NCBI GenBank assembly: GCA_964187785.1
Contig: OZ076415.1
Location: forward strand, 14,384,001 to 14,448,000
Reading direction: 5' to 3'
Origin: Amphiscolops sp. MND2022
Lineage: Eukaryota
DNA: 64,000 bases
The notes beneath the pieces are model-generated. The model had not been told where the DNA came from, did no database searches, and was given only the letters and a program-made list of their open reading frames with translations. Numbering within the stretch: position 1 is the first letter of the stretch; every line of letters begins with the position of its first letter. A program made the translations under genes and the position numbers. Below are positions 49,610 to 62,306 of this stretch, piece after piece.

Positions 49610-51673
49610 ATGACTACGTTCGACGGATATTCATCAATGCTGCCGTCTACAATGGGATCGTATACCCCCCAAATGCCATCAAGAATGTCTGATACATTGC
49701 CCATGAACATTTCGGGCCATTCTTCTTCGGGCCAGAGCTACGCTGGACCCATGAGTTACCCAAACTTCGGGGGAATCCAAGCGGCGGGAAATGCAGCCAT
49801 GGCTTCTGCAACTGGAATGGGGGGTCCGATCAGTAACTACATGACTTCGAGTTTCGGCGCAGCGGCTGCGGCTTCTGCGATTCCACCCATGTCTTTCAAC
49901 ACACCCTACTCTGTGCCCCCGATGGCAGCAGCCGCGGCTTATAACTCGTTTCCTTCGTCTTACGTGGACTACGGGCGAAGTTTGGGCACGGCTGACTCAA
50001 TCTACCAGCTAACGTCACCCACACATAGGTCCAGGACCAGTCTTCGATCGCCCACACAAGCCGACAGCTTCAGACGAAACTACAGCAACGCCAAACCCCC
50101 CTACTCTTACATTTCGCTCATCACGATGGCCATCCAAAACTCAGCCAACCGAATGGTGACTTTGAGCGACATTTACCAGTTCATAATGGACCTTTTCCCT
50201 TATTACAGACAAAACCAGCAAAGATGGCAAAATTCCATTCGACACAGCTTGTCTTTCAACGATTGCTTCGTTAAAGTGCCGCGAACTCCGGAAAAACCCG
50301 GAAAGGGGTCTTTCTGGACCTTGCATCCGGAGTCTGGCAACATGTTCGAAAACGGCTGCTATCTGCGCAGGCAGAAAAGATTCAAAGACGAAAAGAAGGC
50401 GAAACGGGAAAAAGTGAAGAAAAACAAAGATGTGAAGGAAGAGTCACTGGGAAACGACGGAGATTTCGATCACATGGACCAATTGAAGAAAGAAGACGAC
50501 GATGAGTACGTTGGGTCAGGTCAAATGGACGGGTATGCGTCTGACATGGATGGGTACGCAGCCGACAACAACGGGTCAATCTCACCCTCAGCAGGTCACA
50601 TATCACCCATAACCCCGGTCGACGGAGGGTCAGCAGGCATGGTAGGCTCTCAACAGCAGGGTGCCAACAGTTGTAACCGGAACTCCAGTGCCGGGGCCGC
50701 AGCTCACCTATCAGATGGCTCGCAGGACCCTTCCACTGACTTAGTTGCAGCCGCTTTCAGGTCCGAGCAAAACCACCAGAGTCTCAGCGAGCTCATGTCG
50801 TCAGTACCTGTCTCGGGTGTCACCTCGGGGGGTAACTTAACAGCAGCGGCAGCCAACGGGGCTTCCGTCGCAGCCGCGGTTACATACTTGAATGATGCTT
50901 CCTCAATGTTGCCAATTTTCCAGACCAGTTCCTTGCTGCCTCCTATGGCCTATATGACGGGAAGCGGAGACTTCACTTCCATAAAAAACGAACCTACAAA
51001 CGCAGCTTTCTCAATCTCCAATATCATGAAGAATTCTTCCCTGGGTTTGGATCAACAGACGATAGCGGGGCAAACTAGTTTGGCCAACAACAGCCAGTTA
51101 TTGAGCAGTAGCCAGCATTCGGAACTGTCTGGAATGTCGGTTAACCCACATCTGGCATACACCACGAACCCAGGTTACAACTACATGTCTTCAGTTGCGT
51201 CTCTTGTGCCCCAACAACAACTCAACACTTCGCAGTCCTTAATCTCCCAACAACATCCGGGAGGTCAGCGTGGTGACTCATCACAGAACAAGAACAACAG
51301 CCAACAGAATAGTATGACGTCATCGGATAGCAACAACATTTCAAGCCAACCAGATCTGACTTCAATCAGCAACACCTGTCAAGTAGGTAGCCCTCTTGCG
51401 GCGGCGACCAATAACAACTCAGGGAGCCCACGTAGCAACTCAATGGACCCGCAACAGCATTTGCAACAGACGGCGCAGAATGTGTTAGTGTCAACGATAG
51501 GGGGCGCCTTGTCGATTCACAGCCAGATGCCCAAACTTCTGGACGCAGTGACCACAGCAGATTCTTCCATATCTTCATCAACAGGGGCCAACTCCTACTA
51601 CTCAGGGGCTACTCCCCCAAGTCACCTACAAGCCCCCCAAACTGCCCAAATTGTGCCCACCAACGGCTACTGA
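49610..51673 (+). CDS. FoxA: Forkhead box A (HNF3/fork head) transcription factor, single exon, 687 aa
   Basis: FoxA-type forkhead domain [92 protein letters not shown], a C-terminal eh1 motif FSISNIM, and an N-terminal GYSS. Confidence 0.97.
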   Translation: MTTFDGYSSMLPSTMGSYTPQMPSRMSDTLPMNISGHSSSGQSYAGPMSYPNFGGIQAAGNAAMASATGMGGPISNYMTSSFGAAAAASAIPPMSFNTPYSVPPMAAAAAYNSFPSSYVDYGRSLGTADSIYQLTSPTHRSRTSLRSPTQADSFRRNYSNAKPPYSYISLITMAIQNSANRMVTLSDIYQFIMDLFPYYRQNQQRWQNSIRHSLSFNDCFVKVPRTPEKPGKGSFWTLHPESGNMFENGCYLRRQKRFKDEKKAKREKVKKNKDVKEESLGNDGDFDHMDQLKKEDDDEYVGSGQMDGYASDMDGYAADNNGSISPSAGHISPITPVDGGSAGMVGSQQQGANSCNRNSSAGAAAHLSDGSQDPSTDLVAAAFRSEQNHQSLSELMSSVPVSGVTSGGNLTAAAANGASVAAAVTYLNDASSMLPIFQTSSLLPPMAYMTGSGDFTSIKNEPTNAAFSISNIMKNSSLGLDQQTIAGQTSLANNSQLLSSSQHSELSGMSVNPHLAYTTNPGYNYMSSVASLVPQQQLNTSQSLISQQHPGGQRGDSSQNKNNSQQNSMTSSDSNNISSQPDLTSISNTCQVGSPLAAATNNNSGSPRSNSMDPQQHLQQTAQNVLVSTIGGALSIHSQMPKLLDAVTTADSSISSSTGANSYYSGATPPSHLQAPQTAQIVPTNGY

Positions 51674-53750
51674 TGACGTCACGACCGCTATCAAGAGTCC
51701 CACAAACCCGATTAGAAAAAACTACAAGACAAAATCCTGCCAAAGCTTGATGACATGTTTGTTGTCTCAATAAGCAGTTGCAAACTCCATGCAGGCAACT
51801 AGCGTGCAGTGAAAGAGGTTTGGCTTCAAGAACAGGCCGACCGGCAGGAGACTAAAACTGAGTTAGAACGCCAAGTTTGGAAAGATGGAAAGTATAGAAT
51901 GCCCAAAATTAGCTACTAGCTAGCTCTAGATAGAGTTAGTTAACTGACATAACTGAACTGGAATATAATTCTATTATTCAATCAATCTGTTTTATACATA
52001 CGCAGTCTTTCAACTGATGCTAAGTGCCTTCTCCGTATCCTATTTTTCCTGACTGTTTAGATTTCAAAGGTGCTATTTATTATCCATAGTGTTATTACAT
52101 TTTCATTACTTCTCATGAAACATAGACTGGATAAAAAGTAGCAAAGCTGGGTTTCATGTTTCTAGAATTTGATTGGTTGAACTTGTGGCGCATTCCCTTG
52201 AAATGGCCCGACAAGAAATAGCATCGCTTACCTGTAATAACTTTCCTTCATTCATTTATAACTCTGCTTTTATTTATAATATAATCATGGCATTTAGAGG
52301 ATTAGTTACAAATTCATTCCTTAAAAATGACAAATTCTTTTCAACATAGCAAATAGATAAAACGAGAAACGGCATAAAACGTCCAGGAATGGGTAAAATG
52401 ATTACTTCTTAGCTGATTCGACAAAAACTCATGAGAAAGACAAAGTCTAGGAAATTAAGATGATAACCTTTTGACTAGCTAGATCAAACAACAAAAATGC
52501 AATGCCAAAAATGCCAAATTTTCGGAACTAAATTCCGCGAGAAATAAAGGTTGTAAAAAAGGTCAGATAGGAAATCCTGACATCGAACAACGGAAAAGAC
52601 TGGTTTAAAAAAACTGTTCCAATCCAATTTATTTTCATGATTTTATAATTTTATCGTTTTGTGTAGAAGATAAAATTCTTAATAACAAATGAATGATTTG
52701 ACTTTTTTATACTTGATTAGCGTTTTTGCCACTGAAAAACACGAGCAATGTTAAAAAGATGTTTGCGCTCAAAATTTTTAAAAGTCGAAAACAGTCGCCC
52801 TCAAAGTCGAAAACACCAAATAGGAAATTGTAATAGGAAACTCGTAAAAACAGGAGATGTATTTAAAGCACAGTTTGACCATGAGTCAAGTATAGGGGTT
52901 GATTGACCTAAATGCAGTATGATTGCGACCAACTTTATGGCTCGAAAACACGGTCGAGTTGCAGCCAAGTCTAGACAGACGCTGTTTATTGCGCTTATTT
53001 TGTCAATTACAATCTGAGTTGCGTTCTTATTTAGGAGCACCTTTACCCAAGGGTTTCGTTCAGGGGCTCCGCAGAATATATTTCCATACTCTTGTTATTG
53101 CGCGACTCTTGAAATAAATTATTTTCATGGAAGGAAAGGAAAAATAAATAATTGCATTTTTCAATTTGCGAAAAATATTACACAAGCAGTATAAATAAAC
53201 CAATACTAAACAACTGGCGAAACGAGTTTGGCGTCCAAGACGTCCTTTATCAAGAAGATTTTATTTCATCGAGAATAGCCTGAAAAAATCGTTCGGGGGA
53301 TTTTCCGAAAAAATACAAATTGTATTTCAAAATTCCATACCATTTTTTTGTTACAAAATGAGGGCCTACCTCAGAACGAGTCCGAAAATTTATTCACAGC
53401 TAAGTTGAGGCGGTGACTTGCAATAATTTATGGCAATTTATTTTGTGTAAATTATTTTTGCGAAGACCCTAGTTTCATTTCAGAATGACAGGAATTATCA
53501 TAAATTTTGTGCCTAGCAAGCTTTAAACGTCGGGTCACGTTTTTTAGGAACAGTTTTTCTTTGAATTTTAAAACAATCGCTTTTGAAATAAGCCACAAAC
53601 GTTATCAAATTTGATGAAAGTTTTACTTTCATTGATATTTAAGAAACCGTTTAAAAATAGTGAAAAAGAAAAAACAACGAATGATTAATTTTTTCAAAGT
53701 GAAACTTACTCGAATTCAACAATATTTTGTCGTACAAGAGAGGTTTACCG

Positions 53751-54478
53751 CAGGGTTGTCATGTTTTAAAACATGTTTTAAAACACGAGCATAAAAAACT
53801 GTTTTAAAACATGAGTATAAAACATGTTTTAAAACATTCAGACCCCTATTAGCATTGGTTGACTCGTATTCCAGATAAAGATATGGGACGAAAGGAGGAC
53901 CCCATCTGGGCCTTTTTTAAGAAGATTGATGTTGACGGACGCAAGCGAGCGCAGTGCACACAGTGTCTGGAGGACATAGTCCCACTGGTCGAGCGAATGA
54001 GGTCGCATCAAGACAAGTGCAAGTCTCCAGCGGGTTCCGACGGCCCTAGCGAAGCGAAGAAGCTAAAACAGCAGACGCTGGGTTTCAAGGGGACAAAACA
54101 GGTCGAGCAACACGCCATCGATTTACAGTTAACCCGGTTAGTATTAGTTAGTGCGGAAGCAGCTGGAGCACTGGTTGCATCTGTGGCCTCCTCAGCTGGC
54201 TTGGAGAGACAGTTCTCAACGCTTGGCATGAGCTACGGCAAGCTCCGAGCAAATCTGGATTCCCAGAAGGCCGGAAAACTGGCTTTCTTGTACCGACAGC
54301 TAAATGTTTAATTCAATATCGGATTGAATTCGAAGAATATTTTGCTGTAATTCTGTTTTCAATGAGCCATTGACCAAGTGGAGGAAAAAAACATAAAAAA
54401 CCAAAAAAACGTGTTTTTTTCGATAAAATACATGTTTGTTTGTTTTTTACGTAAAAAACGTTTTTTATGACAACCCTG
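53751..54478 (+). mobile_element. Internally deleted hAT transposon (728 bp)
   Basis: 12-bp perfect TIR CAGGGTTGTCAT, 8-bp TSD GTTTACCG, and subterminal TGTTTTAAAACA palindromes. Confidence 0.95.
53883..54311 (+). CDS. 142-aa ORF: BED zinc finger fused in frame to the hAT C-terminal dimerisation segment
   Basis: DPIWAFF..AQCTQC..RMRSHQDKC (BED) and SVASSAGLERQFSTLGMSYGKLRANLDSQKAGKLAFLY (SxxxERxFS motif); no catalytic core. Confidence 0.75.
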   Translation: MGRKEDPIWAFFKKIDVDGRKRAQCTQCLEDIVPLVERMRSHQDKCKSPAGSDGPSEAKKLKQQTLGFKGTKQVEQHAIDLQLTRLVLVSAEAAGALVASVASSAGLERQFSTLGMSYGKLRANLDSQKAGKLAFLYRQLNV

Positions 54479-55725
54479 GTTTACCGAAAGATACCCTTTG
54501 AAAGAATCTTAGTAAGTGAAATATAAAACATAACTCATTCATTTATTTAGAAGTCAACTGACCAGAAAAGACTAAAATTTTACAAGCCAAAGGAATTGAA
54601 TGAATTTCTGGACTACAAAAAGCACGCGTACAGCGTAAGACAGAGAACTTAAGATGTTTCAAAGCCCCCTCCACGTCCAACAAGAAAAAAATCCTTGACT
54701 TACTTTTTTGTCTTCACCGGATTAAATCAAAGTCACTCTTGAACTTTTGCAACTTTTTCAAAAGCAACAAATTTTGCTAAAGTACTACAAACATATACAA
54801 TGATTCCGTGACCATGTCAGAGAAATGACACTTTCCAGTTAGGACAAGTCTGTAATTCGAGATGAGGAGAAAAGGCTTGAAATTCATTGAATGGGCTCTC
54901 AAGAGGCGACTAGGATGCAAATGATTTGTTGTTGAAAGGTAATACTTGAAGCAAGTACAGACACGAGATTGGAGCCATCATGGCAGGGGAAGGCAAGCAC
55001 AGTGTTGCAAGAGAAGAGAAGAACCCCCCCCCCTATGACGCCCTTCAAAGGGAGTCACAATTTCCGACAGCCGACTCCCGCTGTTTGGCGCACATAGTTG
55101 TACGTACACTCTCAACGCTAAAAACAACTTCAACAGTAGTACGTAACTCCACAAACTACCTATTATAATTGCAAAAAACGACTTCAAAACTTCATTTGAA
55201 TGTTGAACGTCGAAATATCTTTGTCGCTTAGTTATAACACGAGTTGCGTTGTACTTTGGTTGTCGACAGAAAATACTTGAACACAAAAAGTATGCATCCG
55301 CTATGAAGACGTATTTGTAGTAAGCAGCTTTCGGTTGTTAATAACTAGCTAGTTATAACTGTTTTTACACAGTTGCTCGCCACACGACAAAAAATCCTGC
55401 ATGCCTGGATTAAGTTCGGTGCCACTTAGACGCGTGAAACTGCGACTGAAACTGAAAGAATTTCAAGTGTTGTTGAAATTGAGTGTCTGCGTAACTTCTC
55501 GAATTCCTACAAATTCCAATTCTCGCATTCATTTTGCCCAATTAACACACGAACATTTTTTCACATTTTAAGGAAGTTATGTTCAGTGGAATTTGAAAAC
55601 AAGACCCGCTATAAAGCGAGAAAAGCCTGTGACAACTTTTTGGTGATCCCAAATGCTGTGACATAGCTAACTCCAACCCTAAATTGCTAAAGTCTTAATT
55701 CTACAATGGCTACACTATAGTCTTG

Positions 55726-55975
55726 CAAGGATTAAAGAATAGTTTTGCAAGGATTTTGGTACCCACTAAAAGTCATAATGCAGTAAAGTTTATAAAGCAT
55801 GAAACTGACTCAAGTTTTCTTTAAATATTTTTTTAAAGAGCGGACAACCGTCTATTTTTCGCCGAGTTCCCGAAAAAAATGCATTTGCCCAATCGTTTTC
55901 CATGGATACTTCTAAAACTCATTCGGAAACTTTTAGTGTGTACCAAAATCCTTGCAAAATTATTCTTTACTCTTG
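55726..55975. mobile_element. Foldback MITE with ~46-bp inverted ends
   Basis: CAAGGATTAAAGAATAGTTTTGCAAGGATTTTGGTACCCACTAAAAG and a near-perfect inverse ending at 55975; no TSD. Confidence 0.65.
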
Positions 55976-57134
55976 AAATGCCGCTGATGAAATGATTTTG
56001 CAAACTTTATTCGCTGACGGAATCGTTTCGATTTCCTAGTTTTCTATTCCGCATACTTCTATTTTTAAGACCCCCCTCTCAAAGTTGATCTGCTACAGTG
56101 CCCCAAATTTTTGCCAACTTTCTGTTTTACGTTCAACCAAATTTGAATAGGAAAAACAGATTTTCATTTACTTTATTAAACTAATCGAAACGTGAGATGA
56201 AATAGTACAAAAGTCTTTGCATTTATAAAGTATAGGTCTTTACATTCCATTATTGCAAGTTTTTCCGCAATAATTCTCAACCAATTAAAACTTGCTTGCA
56301 AATTGATAACCGATTGATATTTTCCTGGTTGATTCAAAAATCCAATTAACACACACACAGTGTGTGGGATGACGTTAGAATTTGAAAATCTGGAAAATTT
56401 TGAAATTAATTTGACAAAACGATACGCGGGAATCAATTCAATCGATGGACGCAAATAAAGAAGGGCTGCTAAACGACGGAAAGCTAATCTTTTCATGTTC
56501 AAATAAAAAGAAGTGTGATCTAAAACGTGCAGTCAAGTCACCTTGTTAAATCCTTCGAGTGAGCAGCAGCTGAAAATTTCGATCAGTTTTATTAATTAGT
56601 GAAACCAGGGCATCGTGATAAGTGGAGCGAAACGCTTTGGTTCTCTTCAAGGATAGCCCGCGAAGAACTAATACATGTACTAAATTAAACTAAATAGAGT
56701 CAAGAAAAATGCAAAAACTTACAAGAAGCCAGCTAACTACGCACATTTATAAAAGCTGAAAAGCTCATTTACACTGAAAAGATCAAGACCCTTACAATAC
56801 GCATAGCCGCAGAAGCGGTCATTTCTAGCGAAAGTTCTTTTGAGTGACCGATTTTGAATGAATTAGGTCATACAATTACGAATCAGATGAAAACAATCGG
56901 ACTTTTCTCTTACTACTTTTCGAGGAAAACATTCGAAAAAGCAGCATTTTTTAGAAACACTTCATGACGTTTTGGTGGTATTTCTATAACAAAATAGAGC
57001 TTTCCTCGTAAGTTTCTTCGAGCTTTCCACGTAATTTTTTTTCAAAATTTTGCTCTAAAAATTTCGGTTGTAACTTCAATGGTTATGAAGTTAAGGTGCT
57101 TATAGGGTCAGTAATTATTCCTCTATAAAGAGTG

Positions 57135-57219
57135 CATAGTCATTCGGTTATAACGCCCTTCGGATATAACGTTCTTTTTGGCCCGCCCTAGGGCGTCGTT
57201 ATACCAGGATTAAAATGTA
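57135..57219. mobile_element. Tiny pogo/Tigger-like MITE relic
   Basis: GGTTATAACG..GGATATAACG..CGTTATACC inverted motifs, ending in TGTA. Confidence 0.35.
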
Positions 57220-60200
57220 CTCATTCATCAACCTTGAGGTCAAATTTGTCGAAAGGGTCAGTCAGATGGCAAAAAATGTGTTCACGATTAGTGTGTAGAT
57301 CAACAATGGGTCCCTTTATGCATCATACCGGTTAACATCCGGGAGGTCTTCTTCTTTCACGCCTAATTTTCTGTGAAATTTAAAATCATCATTTACCTTT
57401 AATATATAAAGAGTGGATTATTATAAAAGGCAATACAGAATTTCCTGATCGGAATTGTAAGTTTAAAAGTTTAACCTCAGGTAACTCACACGAAACTTAA
57501 GAAACGATAACAAGGGATGTTAACGAAATTTAGCGATCAAACGAAACTTTCGGCGCAGGGAGTTTGACTTGTTTGTTTAGAGACACTTTTGCAAACATTT
57601 TGTTTTGTTTCAACTCTCATTTTTTGTATGCTCTCCGATTTCACACTGAGATAATGGAGGCACTTAGCACTTAATCCGGGAATTACATCTGATGTGAAGT
57701 CAAGTCTATATTGAACTTGAAAGTAGAGTTAAAATATTAAAACTTCATCTTGCAAATTTAAACGTAGAGGTGGTATAGAATTTGCCAACAGCGCTGAAAG
57801 AACCGCGAAATAACCAAGAATCTGCATCCTTTTCTGACATTTTTTCTAGCCTGCATGCACCCTAAAATGAAAGACCAACTATGTATTTACTACAAATGAA
57901 AGTCGTTGACACAGTAGAGAAATTTTTTACTGAAAAGCGAAATGAGGGCCAAAAATGTACCAGTATTAATTATCAAAACAAACTTACCTGAAAGTCTAAA
58001 ATTTGATGTATCATCCAAAAACTCCCAAAAATAAAAATCTGGAACAAAAACCAGAATTCTTTAAAAAAAGGAGCGCATTTCCAAGGAAGGAATTTCCAAT
58101 ATTTTCAATATAATTAATAATGTAGAATAAATTATAAACAGAATACAGGGTAGTTAGGGTGACACAAACGATCCTCGGAGAGATTGCAAAACGTTGCATA
58201 GCTCAAAGCCTGTATAAAATGAACACGAAAATAGTACAAATCATAAAATGGATGCAATGTATTGTTGTACAAACGAGTAAATAATTTTTGTTTTGAGAAA
58301 TTATTTAACGAAAATACTCGCTATTCATTGCAATTTACTTTAAAACAAACCAAAGACATTCCTCACGGAATCATTGAAAATGGGCCCACGACGAATCAAC
58401 ACATTTTTGAACAAATTTGATCACGGCTTAAAGCGTATTTGAAAGGAAATCTTGTAAAAATAGCAGCTGCGACCCATCTGATATCACAAGTACCCTGGAA
58501 CAAAGATTCCATTTCAAAGAGATCCTCCAACTTCATTCTTACAATTTTCAATGGCTCTTCAAAGTCCACAAAACTATAATCATTCTCAACGTTGAAACAA
58601 AACCACTTTTTCTATGATTCCATCGTATGTTCAAAGGAATCGAACTTTATCTAAAGTTTTTGAAAGATTATTCATGTTAATTACATGCAAGATTTCGACA
58701 TCGCTAATTTTTTTCTTCTCGCTAACCGCTAATGTCAAATTCGCTGAAAGAGGTTTTTGCCATACAATCAAATGTTTGACTTCAAGTACATTATGAAAAA
58801 TTAAATGATAACTCAATTTAGTTTTTGAAATAAGACTCGAATTTTTGATACTGTCTGGGTTTTACCAATGAAAGAATTGGAATTTTTTTAAATTCATTTC
58901 GAAACCCCGTGTATGCTCAGAGGAAATTTTGATCTTGGACATTGTATTAGTTACCGCTATTTTGCATCGCTTATGAAATCGCTGAAAAGTTCATGCGCGA
59001 CCGCTAATTCGCTAATTAGCGGTGTCAAAACTCTGATTACATGTATACATTTTTATCCCAGCTCGGTGACTTAGAAAACTATTTTGATTGAAGCGGATCC
59101 ATCGAATAAATCCATCAAATTGAAACGTTTCTGGCAATCAAAATCACAGTTTTCTCGATGCTCTTAAAACCACAGAAATTCATTGATTTCTCATTTTCCA
59201 TGCATTCCCAGACCCCCACTGGGACAATTCCCAAAATGGTGCGGGGAAAACTCAAGTTTTTTTACCTGATACATATTTTAGGGAGCATTGGGGACGAATC
59301 TTGTACTTGAGTTTCTATAAAAGTAGCTATCATGTAAAGGTGCATACACTTATCAGTTTTTTCAGTCCATCTACTTGGAATAGAGTTTCGTGTTGAATTA
59401 TTCTCCCATCCCTACCCCCCCCCCCCCCTTAGTCCCTCATTTTTGTGGAGATGACCAAAGTGGGGAAGAGGCAAGTAGTGTAGACGAAGCTCATTCAAGT
59501 TTGGTCACAATTCGAGCCGCACGTTTCTGAGTGAGAAACACTTGGCAAAGAACGTGAACAATTTCCAGGTGGAGCTGCTTGGTTTTCAGAGTGAAATCAT
59601 CACGAAGTTCAAAACACCTTTTGAGCACTTGAGCAGCTGATTGCAATTAATTTTGCAACAATTATTCGTTCCATGGTGACAAAATAGTGAGAAAAATCAA
59701 TTCGTATTCAAATATGTACAAAAAGGAAAACACTTTTTCACTTTCCCAAAAAACAGCCACAATAACCTATTTTTCAACTATGAATTTATTTCCAAAGCTA
59801 TGCTACCGTAATTTTGCGCCTAAACGAACCTAGCAGGGGCCTTTAGAAACTAAAAAAGGATTGGTTATGAAAGAAATAACGGGGTATAGAATGCGTTGAG
59901 TCCAGTAGTGGAATTTAAAAGCATATTTAAACATTGTTGATCTACGCATTTTTCATCCAGAACGCCCACTTAGTAAATTTGTTCAGCTCACTGACGCAAT
60001 ATTCAATCAACTGCGACTGTTTAGAAACTTGAAAAAATTGTATGAAACTTTTCAGTGTTTTGAAATCCTACTGCAATTGTATGGACTTTATTAAATAATG
60101 TAATATGGAAATTAGGAACAGAAAACCAAACTTGACCAACGTCTCCGAAACTATCTGAAAAACTTTCCAGGTAGAAACCAAAAGAAATAAATGCTAAATA

Positions 60201-62271
60201 ATTGAAACTACTACGGAACATAAAATTCGAAAATGCAAAAGCCCGTTTCTTCCACAGGGGTGAAGTTTTTATTTTTTAAAAAGAAAACACGCTTCTTAAA
60301 TATTGTTGAAAAACAGTTTTGAAGTGAAAATTTAACAAAAATGGAAGGTTTAAAAAATTACCAGATGAATTTTTAAGATAGTTTTGAATTTTACACGACG
60401 CCAGATCGGTTTAGCGTCCCTTAAATATAAATTATATTATTGCATTTCAGTGAATTATTAAATTTAGATGCTCCCAAAAATGCCAAGCATTTTGCGAGCT
60501 TCTTCACCGATTCGAATTTTCAATAAAAACTAAAAATACGCGCCTTTCATACACTAAACTGATTATTGTGAGTCTTCTCAAAACTAATTTTTGAACTCCT
60601 AAAACGTGATAAACTTCCTTAATAAGTCTGTTTACACTCAAACATTGACCGTTTGTTGATTTTGTTCAAAATCTGGTTTCAGTATAGAATTCATGATTGT
60701 CATGAAAAAAGGTAGAAAAAATTTAATTTTGCAAATTACTACGTTGAAGCGTTAATTTTTTGTTGATTTATCTTGAAATTGTATACCACTGATACTTCAA
60801 AAGTTCAAAGTTCAGACGATTTTAAAAATTTTGTATTTTCATTTCATCAAAAAGTGGACAAAAATAGATCAAGTTGCCAAGTCAACTAAAAGATGTTGAA
60901 AACAAATTGCCCAAATTTGATGACCAAATATGGGCTCATGATATTCGTGAGATTTTGTATTGAATGATATTCGTATTGAATTTGATGTCAGTTGTATTAC
61001 ACTATATCTATTTGGTTAATAGTTGAAACCTTTTAGACAGATTCTGAGCCCAAACATGCAGATTATTTAGTAGTACGTTTGGGCATATATACAAAATTAT
61101 AAAGTAATATACAATTTACAAAGCGCTGAACCCAAAACAAGTATATGTTTATGTACCAAGAGTCAACTTGCAACTTTGGTTTGACCAGGTACGCTTGGTG
61201 TTTGCCTACAAAGTAGAATATATACAAATATAATTGGGCATATGAACTCAAACCACTGTACTGTAGATTTACTGGAGGTGCTGTATTATATATTATGTGG
61301 GGCTCATAAAAGTGAAAGAGTGTACAGATGCTAAAACGACAAATGGGCTCAGGGGATGTATTGGGGGAGAGGGGTTGTGGCAATAACGATGTTAGGATGA
61401 GTGTTTGGCGATGGTAGTGGTTGATTATTACTATGTACGTAGAGTTAGTTTGTGTAATGTTATGTTGGGATTGAGCCACAGCCACGTTGCCGAGATGGTT
61501 GGTTGAAAGTTTGTGCTCCTCGTTTCAGACTCCTCCCCCTTGCCGCCTGCTCCTCACGTTTTGTTAGTTAGCCCTGTCACGTGATGGGTGATGACGAGGC
61601 AGCATGGAGGAACCTCGGGGGTTCTTGTTTGCAGGACCAAAGTCAAATACATTTATCATCCGGTGTCAAACAAAGAGACCTTTGGGAGACACAGGAAAAC
61701 GAGGCTCAGCAAACACGACAAGTCAATCTTGAGTCAACATCCACCAAAATAACATCAAACTCCAGTGAATCTCGCATTAGACACAGCCTGAACATAAACC
61801 ACCAGGACCGTCGAGAAACACCGCAAACTAACTCTCATAATACTCAGCTATAGCTACCACCAGCTATGCAACACCCTTGTACCCTTGTAATAACAAACTA
61901 AACCAACCTAACCCTTAACCCCCGTCCCCCAACCCCCGTCGGGTCTCTACTTCTATTTTATATTCTATACCAACTGTAGAACAACAACTAGAGCGCCGTA
62001 CAGCAGCAACTTGATGGCTAATTCTCTCGGGCTACGGAGAAAGCAGTACAGATATACATACAGGACCACTGACTGAAGTCTATGAATTGCTAAATCATAT
62101 CGACTAAAACTTCTAGATAGTCGCCGTTCACTTAACCATGCACTAAGGCGTCGCCATTTCGGTAGATAAGAAAGCTAAGTTGACTAAATTTGATTAATTG
62201 TGTCGATTTTAGCCGCAAGAAAAGAGATGCGAGTTAAAGCAAACTTTGCCCAAAACCTTCGGATGATAAAC

Positions 62272-62306
62272 CCCAGCAAACAAAACATGTCCAAAATTTG
62301 GCTGGG
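62272..62306. mobile_element. 35-bp CCCAGC..GCTGGG mini inverted-repeat element (EnSpm-like ends)
   Basis: CCCAGCAAAC-AAAACATGTCCAAAA-TTTGGCTGGG; no TSD. Confidence 0.3.

Noticed and set aside
49486-49710. Antisense ORFs overlapping FoxA (also 50141-50326, 50382-50606, 51366-51581)
   Set aside because: Short shadow frames of a GC-richer coding region with no recognisable motifs.
58400-58820. Host exon in the minus-strand ORF 58631-58816
   Set aside because: No convincing splice sites; ISDVEILHVI resembles a decayed LINE pre-RT segment, and the support is too weak to annotate either way.
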